A DNA stretch of 58,582 nt, counting the filler, from Sphacelaria rigidula (lineage: Eukaryota), in NCBI GenBank assembly GCA_964200075.2. It is 5 parts of 5 records of this genome, joined end to end, with 100 filler letters (N's around TTAATTAATTAA, not from the genome) between each part and the next. Parts side by side here need not be neighbours in the genome. Positions count along the whole stretch, not along the records: positions 23,478 to 35,113 come from CAXNAA020004682.1; 4 more parts are not named here. One strand, 5' to 3'. The translations under genes were made by a program, and so were the position numbers. This document shows, piece by piece, positions 23,903-35,113 of this stretch. Each line of letters begins with the position of its first letter. The first letter of the stretch is position 1. A model generated the notes under the pieces. That model was given only the letters and a program-made list of their open reading frames with translations, was not told where the DNA came from and ran no database searches.

Positions 23903-26042
23903 CAAGGGCAGGTTGAGTAGCGTATGTACTTTTGAAAACTCGGGTAAAATGCCCGAGTACTTACTCTATTCAACGTTTGGGTAGATTGTGTACCGCCTCA
24001 AATACTCTACTCGAGGTTTGGGTAGATTGAGTACGACCTCGAATACTCTACTCAAATATTGGGTAAGCACTCGTAGCAATACCTGGGTATAAAGTATCAC
24101 GTGGGTGTGAACTCAATACTCTACCCAAATTCTGGGTAGATCGAGTACAACCTCAAATACGAGTACTCTACTCAAATATTGGGTAAGTTATCTCAGCAAT
24201 ATACTCAGGTATAGAGTACGGGCTGGGCCAGCCAAGAGTAGGTGTGAATCTCGCTCAGGCGACGCACGGCGTGATATTAGGAGTTGGACGCTTGGACGCT
24301 GAATTTTGACAGCAGCTCTTCATGATCGAAATGCAGAAGATCACGTGAGCAGCAAAAAAATAAATAAATAAGGAAGTTATGGGGATTCCAAATTGCAGCA
24401 AAAACAAGATGATGCCATAAGTCCAGGAAAAAATTGAGAATCTGCAGCTGCTCGCGTAATATATCATTTCCTTGGATGCAGAAGGTCTTCCTGAAATTTC
24501 AGCTCAAAAATCGTCGAATTAGGCCGTGCGTGCAACATTTTGCGTGACGCTGCTGCACCCCTGTAATTCAAATGATGGAAGACTCCGATTATGGAGGTCA
24601 TAAGTTCGAATCCCGACGGATTCTCTTTTTTTTCGTCCGTCGTTGAGGTCACAGATTATGCAGTACATTTTTTTTTCATTTTTCTTCCTTCATTCAGCGG
24701 CGGTGCCGTGTGTTACCAGGTTGGTCTGCACTTCACAATGATATGCTTACATCGGGTTCATTCGGGAAACTGGGGAAGCTGTGGTGTGAGCAACTTTCAG
24801 CAGCTTTTAAGCTGGTCCAGCTCGTATCACTTGGGTATGATGAGAAACCGTGACCGTCGGCGGTTTCGTGACGTCACTTCGCAGACTTACGTTGAATATA
24901 TTGGTGAAGGATGCTCAACAATGAGACGATTGACGTCACGTCACGGGCTACAGTGAGGATGAGCGAGTGGTGGTCATCAAAAACCAAAAAAAAGTTTGGT
25001 GCATGAACCTACCTGCTCCACCCATGGCAGTACATACTCATACTCAATACTTCGCAACCTCTTCGATATCAGTTTCAGTACTAAGTGCTACTCATCATCA
25101 TTGGGTGATCGAATAGACGGGTAGTCGGGTAGGTATTGTTAAAATGAGCGACTCTACGGGCCGCATGTCAGACTCGTCCATGGGACAACAAGCGGTGGAA
25201 ACAGTGCAAGAAGCCGGAACATCGAAACAGTCGATTTGTTCTGTGGCGCAGCCATCATGTGCCTCATGACCTTCTCGTTATCAGCTGTTTCCCCTTATCC
25301 TTCCTAGCAGGCGAGTGAAACGCTTCACACACCCAGTGACACGTCCGGATACCCGGGGGTATGAACTATACACAATACTTGCTTTTCGATATGATTTTTA
25401 TGCTTTCCATTACCCCCTGCCAGTTTACACGGTACATCCCGAAAGCCCTTCGGCAATACCCCAATATTGATTCTACCCTAGTTTTGTACGAGTTGGTTAT
25501 GATCCGAATGCTGTCTCGGGAATCAGCATCAATCATGGGAGGGCAACTCTATAAATACCTGGGTATTTACTCTACCCCATTTTGGGTACCTTGCGTACGA
25601 TCTTGAACACTAAGGTTATACGCAAGGTTTTGGTACATTGGGTCCGGCCTCATTTTGGGTAGATTGGGTACAGCCTTGAATAGTCTTCTCAAACTCTGAG
25701 TAGAGTGGCTACGACCTCAAATACTCTACCCAAATATTGGGTAAGGACTCTCAGCAATACCTGGTATGAGTGTCACTTGGATATGACCTCGTATACGCTA
25801 CTCAAATATTGGGTAGATTGAGTATGACCTCAAATACTCTTCTCAAACATTGGGTAAGCACTCTCAGCGATACTCGAGTATGGAGTATCACTCGGGTATG
25901 ACCTCAAATACTCTACTCAAATTTCGGGTATAGATCGCGTACGACCTCAAATACCCCACTCAAATTTTGGGATAATTTAGTACTTGAAGTATGACTAAAA
26001 AAAGCCCCGAGTATTTAGTATACTCTACTCGACCTGCCCTTG
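23903..26042. mobile_element. Non-autonomous hAT-like element with GAGTA/TACTC subterminal arrays
   Basis: TIR CAAGGGCAGGTTGAGTAG ... CTACTCGACCTGCCCTTG. 8-bp TSD AAATGTCC/GAATGTCC. The empty site GAATGTCC is seen once in the paralogous host copy at ~27650. Confidence 0.88.
24219..24824 (+). mobile_element. CGAGCTGGGCCAG-TIR MITE (subfamily A) nested in the hAT-like element; carries a tRNA-like segment
   Basis: TA|CGGGCTGGGCCAGC ... GCTGGTCCAGCTCG|TA. Splits the host motif GAGTA|TCAC. Confidence 0.88.
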
Positions 26043-26222
26043 GAATGTCCACACCAAAAATCGTCATCATCCGCTGTATAAATCGTTCGGGTATCATATA
26101 GACTGTAGTATAGACGCTATTTCCGTACGGTAGGAATTACTAAATATGGCGTTTCATCAACAAGAAAAAATTGGTCCAGATTTTTGAGCGGATGGGCACC
26201 TTCTCCTTGATTCGACGATCAA

Positions 26223-27281
26223 CCCTCTTGGGATCGACCGCCCACGAACACGGGGTTGACCCTGTGTTAATGAAATAGTAAAAAATAAGTCAGGGAGCGA
26301 CCTGCTCAATCACGGCGTGGCGAAATTTATCGACCTGACCCGAACGACCAGCGCGGGGACTGTTGCCGACTGTGATGTCACTGCAAAGATCGTGTGGAAG
26401 CCCTATCCCTGCCCAGATAAGCCTTCCCAGGTTTCCAAATGCAGGATGGTCGCAGCTTGGTTTGTGGTATTACTTGCATTCAGTATAGCGTTCCCGGGAT
26501 TTCCCGGGGGTATTTTTGGGTCGCCAGCCTATACTAATACGTAATAATTACACGAACACGGGGTGGAGTGGGAAAACCCGGGAAGGAGTATACATACCAC
26601 CATGTGGTCATTTTCACGGGGCACTAAACCCAGGTGGGCCGTGATAAGACAAAAGGAGCTACTCGTACCGTCATGAATTCTGCTCATCCCTCTGCCGATG
26701 ACTTGCAGGACACTGTCAACATGTATGTAGCGAGCGGGGATGAACAAGCTGGGTATAGGCATCTGATCTCCGTCTCTGAGAACTGCCCAGAACGTGCAAG
26801 GGTGTATGCAGGGGTAGCTGCTGCTGCAGTCGGAGAGGCGTATCGCATTGCACTGTACTGTATGTATGTGCGCCGCAGCGCCCATACCTTTCGAAGAGAA
26901 TTTGTCGCTTGCAACAAAGAGGGAAATTGCGGCCCACCCCGACCGCGAAGGGCTGTGTGGCAAGGTGATGGGGATAATAACATCTTCCAAAGCCACAAGT
27001 GGCGGGCGGCCAGCCGGTCGCCGCATCCTTTGAAAGCTCTTTACGGCGACCCATAGTGCTCGTTCATCAGATGTACACTATTTAATGCGCACCCCACCTG
27101 AATTACAGTTGATATCTGCACCTCAAAATAGATCGGATAAAACTTTGGGTCTTCCTCCTAACCCTGCATGCGGCGGTCACATACGTGGATTTTCACATGA
27201 AGCTACTGTTCCGTGCAAACGCCAGACAAGTCATTCCTAGACAGCCTCACTGGTCGTTCTGGAGGCCCGGTCCCAAAAGGG
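26223..27281. mobile_element. piggyBac-like non-autonomous element
   Basis: TCAA|CCCTCTTGGGA ... TCCCAAAAGGG|TTAA. The same right end recurs at 35214-35288. Confidence 0.7.
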
Positions 27282-27827
27282 TTAATACGATATGCGGATC
27301 ATGGCCCAACTCGTCTGAGTCGATGAGATTTTGCTTTGAAAGCTTAAACCCATTTCTAGACTGGACCAGCTCGTAAGATTTCCTCAAGAAATGAGAAAAA
27401 AGGAAACAATCTCGGGAAGCTGGATTTTACTTACTTATTATCCCCTGTTTCCTATGCCCTAGCGATTTTCCATACGAAATTTCAAAGCACAACTCTCAAA
27501 AACTGAGAGCGCCAAATCCAGACTTGGTGCATTTATTGCCTCTGCTCGTGGTATATTGATCTTAGTACGGAATTTTATGTGCGCCATGCCTCGAGATAGT
27601 TGACGATTTGGTGACGGTGAAGGTATCGATCGTTATCCCGTGCTCCAGGGAATGTCCACACCAAAACTTGTTATCATCCGCTGTATACATCGTTCGGGTT
27701 TCATATGTACTTACGGATGGACCCTGTCAGAGGAATGCCGCGGTAGAGGTGCACTTTTTTCCCCTGAGGCTCTCTGTTGTAGGAGCCTCTCTATGACAAA
27801 TATCCAGGGCTTACTGTGCAGCCCTAA

Positions 27828-27993
27828 CCCTTTGGGGACCGGAATCCCAGAAACATGGTGTTTGCACGCAGGGGCCTTTTCGTGCATCGCCATCATTTTC
27901 AGTCATCTTGAAGTTCAAGTGGAAATGATGCAGATTCACAAAATAGCCCCTGCGTGTAAACACCACGTTTCTGGGAGTTTGTTCCCAACAGGA
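27828..27993. mobile_element. ~165-bp foldback mini-MITE with piggyBac-like CCCTTTGGG terminus
   Basis: ~60-bp imperfect arms CCCAGAAACATGGTGTTTGCACGCAGGGGC / GCCCCTGCGTGTAAACACCACGTTTCTGGG. Flanks CTAA / TTGA. Confidence 0.7.
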
Positions 27994-28228
27994 TTGAGAT
28001 AAGTTTTCAAGTTTTGGCTCAACAAGCGCACCCCTACCGTTACATCACTCATCTCCGTACGGTACAGAAACTACTCGACATGGGGTTTAATCAACGAGAA
28101 AAAAAGTGGTCCAGACTTTCGAGCAGATGGGCATTTCCCCCTTGATTAGACGATAACGCGATATGGAATTCACGGCCCAAGACGTCTGTTTCGATGAGAT
28201 ATTGCTTTGAGAGCTTGAATCCGTTTGT

Positions 28229-29242
28229 CAGTGTTGTTCCTTTCCAATATTATGGAGGCACTGTACTGAAATTATACCCCATCATCCGCGGCGTGAATTG
28301 GAGACGGTCATACTCTAAGGCCTAAAATATGCTGAGACTAGAGGAGCAGACGTCCTTGGAAGAGAGGTCTCCACATCAGCACGTACAAGTGGCGCTACAG
28401 ATCAGCATTCGCGCGTTTGGCAGCCGGATGGGAAAGGATGCCTATCACCACGAAAGGGGGAAGCGCTTATTGCACAACATGTATCCGCGCACGGTAATAC
28501 CTGACGAAGTTGACATCGTGTGTTCAAAGTGCCAGTACAACGAGTACTTTAGTACTAACTACACGATGCGAGCCACGCCTCGACAGGGCTAGAATACCCG
28601 CGATCCATCCGTGAAAAAAAATCAAATTGCAATTCGCACTCTGTCCTATTATGATACGAGAAAACTACAGAAACTGCCCCTGTCATTTTCAGACCGTCGT
28701 GGTAACGGCCACGCTAGGTCTGGCACTGTGAGGGAAATGACGTTGCCCCCTGCCCGAGCAGGTCCGCAGTGGTTTTTGACAGAAGACGCTCTTCGCCTTG
28801 ACCACGTTGTGCGGCCGCGTCTTGCTCGGCACGGCGTATAAAACTCAAGGGCATCTGCCTCTCACACATGAAAAACCTCAACTGGTGGTTATTTTCCACC
28901 TTGATGCCAGCCTCGACCAACAGGGGCCCGATGTAAACAACAAGGATGGCAAGATCTACTCTTGCTTCCGTGCGGATTTCATATCGTTACCCTCTAGAAT
29001 TGTCATCANNNNNNNNNNTGTTCTTGTTTTCGGGATCACTGCAGCACCGTGCATAATCCTCCTTTGAAGCCACGCAGCGCACAAAACGCCTTGGGTCGCC
29101 GAAACTCTTGCGTCAACACCTACCTGCGGCTTCAGTCCACACATACGTCAAGTTTCAGTATCATCAGACGCCTGGTGTACTGTGTTGGGGCACCTAGTCT
29201 CCAAAAATACCGCCTCCATATTTTTGAAAAGGAATAACACTG
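28229..29242. mobile_element. Tc1-like non-autonomous element with CAGTGTT TIRs
   Basis: CAGTGTTGTTCCTTTCCAATATTATGGAGGC ... GCCTCCATATTTTTGAAAAGGAATAACACTG|TA. Confidence 0.75.
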
Positions 29243-29507
29243 TAGGCTGGACCAGCTCGTAGTCCGATCAGTCACCGATTCGGGATAACGTGTATGGTAT
29301 CAGGGTTTCTTCTCAAGACACGCTGCCACACAGGCTTGTTGAGTGTTGACCTATGGGCTGAACGCTGAATGCTCAATCTTTGTTTGATAAATTCACCACT
29401 GCCACTTTGCCTTTTGCTTGTTTTCTGTTCAGTACAACCGAAATGTACGAGCGTGCACGTACGTTTGGCGGTCGGAAAAAAACACGAGTGCGGAACTTAG
29501 ACAAGCA

Positions 29508-30072
29508 CGAGCTGGGCCAGTTGACAGTGTTCGGGTCCGGCGGTGCGATATTTGAGGAGATAAGCGCTGAATTTTCGACACTACATTTCATCAACACGCG
29601 CAACATTTCTCCGGATGCCAAGAAGAAGAAAACATCAGAAAGTAGAGCGGTTTGAATTCTCAGCGAAAACTGGAAAATGTCGAAACTCTGTGAAAAAAAA
29701 AAAAAACGACATCCCCGGTACGTACTTGCGTGCAGGAGATCCTGGTAAAAATTCGGCCGAAAACTCCTAAAATTGAGTCCAGCCTGGCACGTCAAGTGTG
29801 ACACCGCTGCGCCCATGTAATCTAAGTGACACAGGAGATTCCAGTTATGGAGGTCACAAGTTGAATCTCGACATTTTTTTTCCCCCCCGCAGAATCTGGT
29901 CCCGTCGTCAACGTTGCGGTACATTTTTTCTTTTATCTTCTTTAACCGGCAAAGCGTGCATGACCAGCTTGGTCTGTAGTTCGCAGCGATATACTTAAAC
30001 CAGGCTTGTTCGGGAAACTGGAGAATTTGTCGTGTGATGTGCGTTTGTACGTTCCACGGCTGGCCCAGCTTG
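29508..30072 (+). mobile_element. CGAGCTGGGCCAG-TIR MITE (subfamily A)
   Basis: CA|CGAGCTGGGCCAG ... CTGGCCCAGCTTG|TA; colinear with 49471-50072. Confidence 0.82.
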
Positions 30073-30584
30073 TATGCGAGCAAGAAATGGTTACTGAATC
30101 TATGTGCTGGTTTCACCGTGCTTCCTTATTTTTTGCGTCTCGCTGGATTTGTTATTGCTTCTTTGTTTCGCTTGTGTGGGCAGAGTTCCCGACTTGTCGA
30201 TTGTTTCGGTTTCGTGCTGTGATACCTTGTGACCATCAGTGGACTCGATGTTGTTGTTCATGCAAGGATTCAATCTGTCAAAGGACTCAGGTCGTGTACA
30301 TGCGTACGTGTTGGAATGTACCTTCAATTCACACGCCCCATGACTCCGAGTCCTGGTCGGAGAACTCTCAACTGTTGATATTGTCGTGTGCTATTTTTCC
30401 GTGTGGCTTGTATGGCTCGAGTCTACTCCTTGTCATTTTCCAAATCGAGTCGTATGAGTCCATGCTGAGTCGTCCCTCGTTTTTCAAATTGAGACGTGTG
30501 AGCGGAAAAACACGGCAAAAGAGTCGTTGGATGTGTGAAACAACTCCAGACATTTAGACATGTATGTATGTGTGTATGTGTGTA

Positions 30585-31392
30585 CTTCCTCTCCTCTGTC
30601 CCATAAGTCTGGTCGGTTATGGGCGTTTCTTTGTTTGGGTGGAACGGTGTTGAAGATTACCCTATAGTTGGGTTCTATAAAAAGATAAAACGCAGACGCA
30701 GCGAATAAAATGTAAAAAAAAAATCGTTTCCAATACTAAAATTAGGTCAGAATATAGCCCATTTTGGCCATTTTTGAGAATTTTCATGAGAATTTTTGGT
30801 TGAATTCGTGATCACCGCCCCACATCTAGCCCACAGACATCACAATACGATGGACTTGCCCCCGAGTACCCCCCCTCTCTCGCAAAATGGGTGGTGAGCT
30901 TCGATTGGGTCGCCGCTATGCGATTGCGATGGAGGTTGCGCTCGCTATTCCACCGGGCAAGACTAGGGTGCCCAAGGGCTCACTGGGGCCAATTTGCGAA
31001 CGCTACGATGTTGGTCCCGAGTATTCGACTAAATTGTGGAAAAACGCCGGAGCCCAGATGGACGCTACCCAGGAGGTCGACCTTTCGAACAGCACAAGAA
31101 CTGGACGTCCGTCGCTCCTCACGCCCACCAAGGTGGCGGCGCTGAAGAAGGTCAACAAGCAGAATCGGCCATTTTTTGGCCGATTCAAAAGGGGCGAAAT
31201 ACGGCTATTTTTTGGCCGACTGATTTTTTTGCGGCCGTTCGGCCGCATGATTTAAGAGCGTGCTGAAAAAATAAAATGTTGTTCTACCTAAAAAAACGGC
31301 GAAGAAAAAAAAAAAAAACGAAAATCAGATCGGACAACGTCAAGGGCTCGCTCGTAAAAACATAACCGACCAGACTTATGGGACAGAGCAAG
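30585..31392 (+). mobile_element. Mariner-like deletion derivative with Stowaway-type TIRs and an N-terminal transposase remnant (30887-~31170)
   Basis: TA|CTTCCTCTCCTCTGTCCCATAAGTCTGGTCGGTTATG ... CATAACCGACCAGACTTATGGGACAGAGCAAG|TA. ORF MGGELRLGRRYAIAM...ICERYDVG...KLWK...RTGRPSLLT has an HTH-like region and a GRP motif. Confidence 0.85.
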
Positions 31393-32049
31393 TATGTGTC
31401 TGTATCCATGTATCTATGTGCCCACGTATCTCTGTGAGTCATGTAAATGAACATAAACAAACAATTCTATGAGACCTGCGCAAATATTAGGAGGGATGCC
31501 ACGACAGCGCCTCCCCCCCCCACGCCCCCCCCAAACCAGCCCCATAACTGTCACGAAGAAAATGACCATACAGCGCATGATGCCTGGGTTCAGAGTGCAT
31601 GAAGCTCTTCATATGGGCGACATTAGCGAAAACGATTCCAAGCATGGGAGTTCCCAGCTGCTTGCTCAGTGTGCTCGTCCCATGTCATTTTGAGTCACAT
31701 GTAGACTTTGCCTCCTCAAACCGGCCACTTTCCTGGGGGTGTACTCATGATCATGCATGTCATAGTCATCAGACCATTGACCTCGCAATGACAAGCAAAT
31801 GCGAATCTGTCTGGAGTGATGTGGCGCAGATTTCGTGCAACCGACGGGACCTCAAGGAGGGAAAAAATGTGGAAGCGAACATAACAGGTTCCATCAAGAC
31901 GTTTCGTCGCCTATTCGTGTCATTACGCGCGCTTCACCCGCTACAGTCAACCGTGGTGTAAGACACTGGGACAACCTCGTGCCGAGCGACCAAACAAAAC
32001 TTCGGATGCTTTAAGTAGTGGTCGGATAATCTGAGCAAGCAAATCCCAC

Positions 32050-34775
32050 CTGCATTAGCAGCGACCCCCGACAGAACTTGTTAACGAACTCGCCAAGGTG
32101 AAACTCGCCCTGTATCTCCAGCCGTGCCCGTTCCTCCTCTGTCGCCGCATCTGAAAACCAAACGTGTAGCACGTCACGACTAGTCACAATGGGAACGTAA
32201 AAAGGGGGCTAAGTGAGCTGTTAACATCCTCTGATCGAAAACATTCTTCAATAAAACGTACTGCCACTCCCCTTCCGAAGCGATTCGACAAGTTTAACCT
32301 GAACAGCAAGTGTATGAACGCACACTACGCCACACGACACATGTGGGTCTTTTTCAGATGTGTGCGATGCTCAATCAGCAACAAGGTACAGCTACGAGTA
32401 GTGAAGCCACCAACATCTCAAGTCGTGTCAGCGTAGCGCGCGACGCGTTCCCGACACTTGCCCGCATTCCTTCGAAGACAAAATATATTGCAGTCTCCCT
32501 CCCCACCAATGTACACGTCATCGTTCAGCATTTCGACGGCCGTCATCCAGTTTGCGTGGAAGTCCCTGGCAATTTCCTGAACGGCAGTTTGAGAGCAAAC
32601 AACAAACGCACGATATCAGCCCAGAGTACACCCTCTGTACCACACTAGAATTCAGCCCAGTGGATGACCAAGCACGCCGGATAACAGCATGCGAACATAG
32701 GTAAGCCCCCTTTTCTCCCCCCCAACAAAGGAGTGAGCAATGCACAGGAGGCGTTCTGCGCCAGAGTTGATAATGCGACAGCGATTTGAATTGTAACGGC
32801 GCCCACCTCAATAGTTCCGTCGACTGCCTTGTATACCAAGAGGCTCACGGAGCGCATGAGGTCTCCCACGACGATGAAGTCGCCTCGGCTCTGGGGTTCC
32901 AACAAGCACGGGAAAAGGAGGTGATGGCGATAGTGCGCGTGCGCACACGCAGGAGTATGTCGATTATTTAGAGAAGATAGGCGATTACACTTCGCCTGGA
33001 TCATTCGAAAGACGGTGTAATTCAGTTGAGTTGAGGATGCCTGCCGTATCGGTGAGAGTGATGGGGTCTGAAATTATCCCATTTCTCTACTCCCTATTTC
33101 ATTTTTCGTACGCAGCGAGCAGTGAGCAACAAGACGCTCGCTGGGCCTCCCGAAACTTCAACGCGAGAAATTTTGTCACCGCTGACAATGACAATAGCGT
33201 GCACGACAAGTTCACCTGCATATTCAGCGCGACTGTGTGACCATGGTATCCACACTCTGTCTGAAGCTCCTGTACACCATCGTCCTTCTCGATCCACCTG
33301 AAAAGTTGGACCTGCAAATGTGAGCACACACACACCGGCATCGTCACCCAATGGCGTCTCAACATGCGCCTAAAACATCACAATGACTGTGAACATCGTG
33401 AAGTGCATCGCAGCTTCCCGAGGTCGAGAACACCGCAGACTACGAAGACGCAACGTAGAATGAACCGCACCTTGCTGTTAATCCCTGCCAGCAACTTTCC
33501 GTTGAAACCGTTGAGGACGTACACCGCTCCACGGGTTTCTTCCTCCGCCACCAGGTTCACTTTGCGCTCAGCCCCTTGCCCCTCCACACTGAAGACGAGT
33601 ATGCGCCCGACTGCTGGTTCACTCTCCTGCTCGTGCATGCGTTTTGGCGAAATTATAGACCAGGGATAGTGATACTTTCGTAATCTACCCACCCGAAAGA
33701 TGATCGAATTCCATCTCATGACGATAGACCCGCAAAAATAGACACCACACCATCATGACCGAATCGATGCAGACACGGACTTTTACTCTGGTGACATACA
33801 CGAATATCACGCATACTCTCACCTTCACTTGGCGAAAAACGGGACAACGTTCACATTAGGCAGTGAGCCCCACGAGGGAAAGACAGAGCTCCCAAAACCT
33901 CGCTCACCTCTTCAAGAACGTAAGCAGTGCCAACCACCACGTACTCCCTTTCATCGTTGGCGAAGAGGCAAGACACCAGAGACACTCCAACCTGGACGTT
34001 GAAACGTTACCCAGTTAGACCCATGCGATGAACGTCAGTGCAGGACACGTGCGAAGCGAAGGTCGTGTGGAGGACGGTGCACTTGTGACCCCTGTTCCCA
34101 ACGATGCTGAAAACGGCAGTGTATCGTCAACGGCAAGCTGCAGTTCTAGCATCACACATATTCCAAGGCATCAGTCAAAGCGAGACAGGGTGCTTCTCAC
34201 ATGAGATATTGGATGTTGGATCACTGGTTCCGTGATGGACCGCTTCGCAATTGCTTCAGTCAGACGGCATACGTAGCACTACTCAATTGGGCATCACCGA
34301 CATCAGAAATACAACGTTCGTAACGTTGCACGCGTAATATCGCCGGGACAGGGTTGCGTATGCGTACAACTGGTGCCCTTCATCGGGTTTCCACAGAAGG
34401 GGAGGGACGAGCGTTTCCTTTCGAACGCCACGGTTCATCTGCTGTGTCGTTTACATCGAGCAATATTAGGACCGTGTCTCATCTTCAGCATCCCTAGCTT
34501 GCTGGCGGCATGGTCCAACTAGGCGAACTTCCTACGGGACATCTCTATTCGACGGAAAATTTCTTCGCAGCGGGTCATTCCTCTATCTGCACCACCTTAT
34601 GCCAAAACTAATATATCCAGACATTAGACAAACGATTGGTGTTAACTCAGGTTCGCAACGTTGACACCTTGACACCTTGACACCTACCTCGAACGGATCA
34701 AGCGGATGGCAGTACAATTCGTCGAAGTTCGTGTCGTCCAGAAACTTAACGAAGTTGTGCTCCTCTTCTTCGTCG
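32050..34775 (-). CDS. DDB1: DNA damage-binding protein 1, seven internal exons: 34688-34775, 33908-33991, 33471-33626, 33216-33311, 32807-32890, 32462-32576, 32050-32150
   Basis: Spliced translation [69 protein letters not shown]...[26 protein letters not shown]...|[21 protein letters not shown]...|[17 protein letters not shown]...|[34 protein letters not shown] matches the DDB1 BPC propeller. All phases agree. Confidence 0.96.
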
Positions 34776-34868
34776 CTGAAAGAGAGGAAACAACGCAACC
34801 GACATCAGGGACAAGGGATCAAATACTCGTGGGCACCCTTTCGTAAGAATAATGCACAGGCACAAGAG

Positions 34869-35113
34869 GTAGGGTACCGTACCGAGCGTACCCCCGGTAT
34901 TTACTGGGGTATCCCATCCCGTGATATGTGTAGATATCGTAGGTATGACATTTCAAAATACCGGATTGGGCGGGTACGGTAGATATTGAAATTTTGAAAT
35001 ACCCTGGTATCGCAGGTATCGTGGGTATGACATTTAAAAATACCGGATTGGGCGGGTACGGTAGGTATTGGAATTTCGAAATACCCTGGTATCGTAGGTA
35101 TCGTAGGTATGAC
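34869..35113. mobile_element. End of a hAT-like element with GGTAT/GGTAC subterminal tandem repeats (cut by contig end)
   Basis: Starts TAGGGTACCGTACCG. A ~79-bp unit containing AATACCGGATTGGGCGGGTACGGTAG is repeated. Confidence 0.6.

Larger units (their letters stand above)
23478..27373. mobile_element. CGAGCTGG-TIR MITE (subfamily B), interrupted by hAT-like and piggyBac-like insertions
   Basis: Segments 23720-23902, 26043-26222 and 27282-27373 join into a sequence colinear with 27475-28228 and 41360-41792. Ends CTGGACCAGCTCG|TA. Confidence 0.75.
27400..29259. mobile_element. Second CGAGCTGG-TIR subfamily B copy, interrupted by a hairpin MITE and a Tc1-like element
   Basis: Colinear with copy 1. 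The terminal GGCTGGACCAGCTCG|TA resumes after 29242. Confidence 0.7.

Noticed and set aside
29373..30116. 247-aa minus-strand ORF
   Set aside because: Overlaps a non-coding MITE and has no recognisable domain.
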